Assembly: GCA_965215195.1 (NCBI GenBank)
Contig: CBDCDC010000002.1
Span: forward strand, 4,224,001 to 4,288,000
DNA: 64,000 bases
Origin: Candidatus Latescibacterota bacterium
GTDB lineage: Bacteria > Latescibacterota > UBA2968 > UBA8231
Reading direction: 5' to 3'
Shown here: positions 61,204-64,000 of the stretch, in pieces
How the letters are laid out: the number at the start of each line of letters is the position of its first letter
How positions within the stretch are numbered: position 1 is the stretch's first letter
The notes under the pieces: generated by a model
Database searches by the model: none
What the model saw: the letters and a program-made list of their open reading frames with translations, nothing else
Told to the model about the DNA's origin: nothing
Program-made: the position numbers and the translations under genes

Positions 61204-62711
61204 CGGGTGCGCTCTTTTTGCCTGCGTGCGAAAAGGCGCATCTGTTGCTGAGCCGCAAGTGAGTCGCCCACTTCTCGGTAGGCCACGGCCAAACTATAAT
61301 GGGTGCCGACATAGGTAGAATCGGCCCGCAAAACCGCCTTAAAATCGTCGATGGCCTCCCGGGCCTGGCCCTCGCGCAATTTGGCATTGCCTAGGCCGTT
61401 TATCGCGTCGATGTAGTTTTCCTTTAGCGCCAAAGCGCGCTCATAGGCCGAGCGCGCCTGCACCGGATAGTCTTTCATCAAATAGGCGTTGCCGAGATTA
61501 AACCACGCCAGCGCATAGCCCTCGTCTAACGTCAGGGCTTGGCGATAGGCCGCGATGGCATCGTCAACCCGCTGTAGCCGCAAATAGGCCGTGCCCAAAT
61601 TCTGCCAAGCCTGTATCTGGGCGGGGTTGATCTTCAGGGAGGCTTTGTACTGTTGAGCAGCCGCTTCAGCAAAACCCAACTTAGCGTAGATCACGCCTAA
61701 GTTGTAGCGGGCTACGGCATCGTCGGCGTGGCCTTTTAGGCGCAAACGCTGCTCGCGAATGGTATCGAAATGCGGATCAAGGCGCTTGAACATCTCGATC
61801 TGCCTCTGGCCTTCCTCTGACTTGCCCTGCTTCACATACACTTTGGACAGGGTCAAGTACGCTTCTGGATAGGCCGGGTCTAGGGCGATGCTTTGCTCGA
61901 GTACCGCGGCCGCCTCGGTCTCTTTGCCCTGTTGGGCGAGTACCATGCCCAGCCCATTGAGCGCCTCTACAGCCGCCGAATCGCGCTCAATGGCCGTGCG
62001 AAAGGCCGCCTCCGCTTCTTGGTGGCGATTCAACCGCATGTAGATGCGCCCTAGCGCCGTGCGGTACCGCGCACGCCTAGGCTCTATTTCGACGGCTTTT
62101 CGCGCCATATCCAAGGCCCGTGCGCATTGCCCCATCTTGGCACAGTACATCTCTCCCAAGCTGTAGTACACCAGCGCGTACTCGGGGTCTATTTCCAACG
62201 CTCGCTGCATGTGCTGGGCTGCGGTCCCGTAGTCGTGATCGCGGGCGTGCGCCACGCCTAAGTTGTAGTGGGCCGGAGCGCGATCGGGTGCCAATTGCAA
62301 GGCCCTTGCAAACGCGGCCCGCGCCTTGGCATCGTCGTCCGTGCGCAAATAGAGTTGGCCGAGCTGGCGATAGGCCGCGGCGCTGTCGGGCGCGAGCGCA
62401 ATGGCCTTGCGATATACGGCCAACGCCCGTTCCAACTCGCCCTGCCGGGTCATGACCTCTCCGGCCCCCAGCAGCGCCCCTAGGTGCAGCGAGTCGATGC
62501 GGAAGGTCTCGCTGAAATATCGCAGTGCTTCCCCATACACGGCGTGTTTTAAGTAGAACGCCCCCAGTTCGTAGTGCGCCGCTACGTCGCTGGAATCGGC
62601 GCGAATGCGATTCAAATAACTCAGCTCTATCGCGTGCGGGTCTTCTAGGGCGCCGCCGCAGCCAAAAGCCGTTATCCACGCCAGCCATAGCGCACCGTTA
62701 AACCGCTTCAC
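61200..62711 (-). CDS. Tetratricopeptide repeat lipoprotein
   Basis: Lipobox 'AFGC'; many TPR units ('AHYNLG', 'AWQNLG', 'AWFNLG'). Confidence 0.92.
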   Translation of the reverse strand: MKRFNGALWLAWITAFGCGGALEDPHAIELSYLNRIRADSSDVAAHYELGAFYLKHAVYGEALRYFSETFRIDSLHLGALLGAGEVMTRQGELERALAVYRKAIALAPDSAAAYRQLGQLYLRTDDDAKARAAFARALQLAPDRAPAHYNLGVAHARDHDYGTAAQHMQRALEIDPEYALVYYSLGEMYCAKMGQCARALDMARKAVEIEPRRARYRTALGRIYMRLNRHQEAEAAFRTAIERDSAAVEALNGLGMVLAQQGKETEAAAVLEQSIALDPAYPEAYLTLSKVYVKQGKSEEGQRQIEMFKRLDPHFDTIREQRLRLKGHADDAVARYNLGVIYAKLGFAEAAAQQYKASLKINPAQIQAWQNLGTAYLRLQRVDDAIAAYRQALTLDEGYALAWFNLGNAYLMKDYPVQARSAYERALALKENYIDAINGLGNAKLREGQAREAIDDFKAVLRADSTYVGTHYSLAVAYREVGDSLAAQQQMRLFARRQKERTR

Positions 62712-62747
62712 GCTCGCCTTGCCCTTTCGCGGATTCTGGCACGGGTC

Positions 62748-64000
62748 CTATAGCTTTTCCGGCTCTTGGACCGCGAGGAACTGATCGACTGCCACGTCTT
62801 CCAACACCTGCTCCACCCCACTCGGCCAGCGAATCTCCACCCGATCCACCCGCGTGCGAGTCCCCAAGCCAAAATGCACCCGCAGCGCATTCTGCGACAG
62901 ATACGAACTGCCCGAGCGCACTTCTTCGACCTGTTTTAAGTCGCCGGCGACCACCCGGATCCGTGCGCCGATGCCGTCGCGGTTGCTCTGCGTACCTATT
63001 GTGTGCACTGCCAGCCAGTGCTGGCGGTTGCCCCCGTCGTTGCGCAGTAGCTGGCCGCGCTGGTTGTTGTTGGCCACGAACAGGTCGAGATCGCCATCGT
63101 TGTCGTAGTCGGCGGTAGCCGCTCCGCGTCCGACCGCGGCGGCGGCCAGCCCGGGCGAGGCAGTGCTGACGTCGGTGAACGTGCCATCGCCGTTGTTGTG
63201 AAATAACTGATCCCGCTGCGCGTAGGAAGGTCCGGCGCGGTCGATAATTTCTATGTTCGGTTCGACGTGCCCGTTGGTTAGGAACAGGTCGAGGTAGCCG
63301 TCGTTGTCGTAGTCGAGCAAGTCCGTGCCAAAGGTCAATGTCGAGAAAGTCGGTTCGTCCAGTTTGGACTCGTGTATCCGGTCCTTAAACACACCGCCCC
63401 GCTCGTTTTTTAACAGGCGACAGTGCTCCCACTGGAAATTGCAGACGACGAGGTCGAGGAGTCCGTCGCGGTCGTAGTCGCCAAAGTCCGTGCCCATGCC
63501 GGCCTCGGGTTTGCCGTCTGGGCTGAAGGCGACGCCAGAACTCAGCCCAACATTGGAAAACCGCGTCCCTCCCTCGTTGCGAAAGAGGAAGTTCGGGGTC
63601 ATATCGTTGGCGACAAACAGATCCGCATCGCCGTCTGCGTCGTAATCGCCAAATACCACGCCGAGCTGACGACAGCGGTCGTTGTAAACGCCCATTGCTT
63701 TTGTCGCGTCGGCAAACGTCCCATTGCCCTCGTTGCGGTACATAATCCCCGACGCGCCCTTGTACTGACCGGGACCGCAGTAGATGCGTGTGGAACCGTG
63801 CCGGCACTCTTTGTGGTTTGCGAGGGTAAAATCGGTATTGTTGGAAACGTAGAGGTCGAGATCGCCATCGTTGTCAATGTCGGCAAAGGCCGCGCTCATG
63901 CTCAAGCGCTCGTCGCCGATGCCAGCGGTCTTGGTCGCATCGACAAATGAACTGTCGCCGCCATTGCGATACAGCACATTGGCACCAAAGTTTGTGACGT
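62748..64000 (-). CDS. CRTAC1/ASPIC-UnbV family FG-GAP repeat protein, 5' truncated by window
   Basis: Repeated 'DYDNDGDLDL', 'LYRN.G.GTF.D', C-terminal 'NRDGIGARI', 'VHFGLG', 'IRWPSG'. Confidence 0.93.
   Translation of the reverse strand, partial: VTNFGANVLYRNGGDSSFVDATKTAGIGDERLSMSAAFADIDNDGDLDLYVSNNTDFTLANHKECRHGSTRIYCGPGQYKGASGIMYRNEGNGTFADATKAMGVYNDRCRQLGVVFGDYDADGDADLFVANDMTPNFLFRNEGGTRFSNVGLSSGVAFSPDGKPEAGMGTDFGDYDRDGLLDLVVCNFQWEHCRLLKNERGGVFKDRIHESKLDEPTFSTLTFGTDLLDYDNDGYLDLFLTNGHVEPNIEIIDRAGPSYAQRDQLFHNNGDGTFTDVSTASPGLAAAAVGRGAATADYDNDGDLDLFVANNNQRGQLLRNDGGNRQHWLAVHTIGTQSNRDGIGARIRVVAGDLKQVEEVRSGSSYLSQNALRVHFGLGTRTRVDRVEIRWPSGVEQVLEDVAVDQFLAVQEPEKL

Overview
High-GC bacterial chromosome segment. 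Gene content (group II GGGP synthase, large Alu-containing SRP RNA, CRTAC1/ASPIC and TPR proteins, a C-terminal 'TWGxIK' motif, AAA/DUF4143 cassettes) suggests an FCB-group organism, possibly a Latescibacterota-like marine or sponge-associated lineage (inference only). The left ~31 kb is mostly core: peptide ABC permeases, lysA, carbamoyltransferase+SxtJ-like, tadA, 3 tRNAs, SRP RNA, dnaX, recR, pgsA, pgpA, recA, recX, alaS, GGGPS, ptsH, ptsI, metK, a lipoprotein/beta-barrel pair, clpB, an HtrA protease and hemH. The right half is accessory-rich. It holds a Cus-type RND efflux operon with a Cys-rich leader ORF, a decayed sigma54 operon whose triple enhancer is still intact, and a type II R-M system plus an AAA cassette stacked behind a duplicated 3' end of a Rieske gene. 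It also holds a temptin-like CxxCH protein upstream of a Cu P-type ATPase, a Tm-1/cupin/PEP-hydrolase cluster, AlbA-ATPase plus HicAB, a sugar ABC transporter, and TPR/CRTAC1 genes. Two copies of a REP-hairpin MITE with 13-bp TIRs and 9-bp TSDs are present. No CRISPR, rRNA, integrase or transposase was seen.
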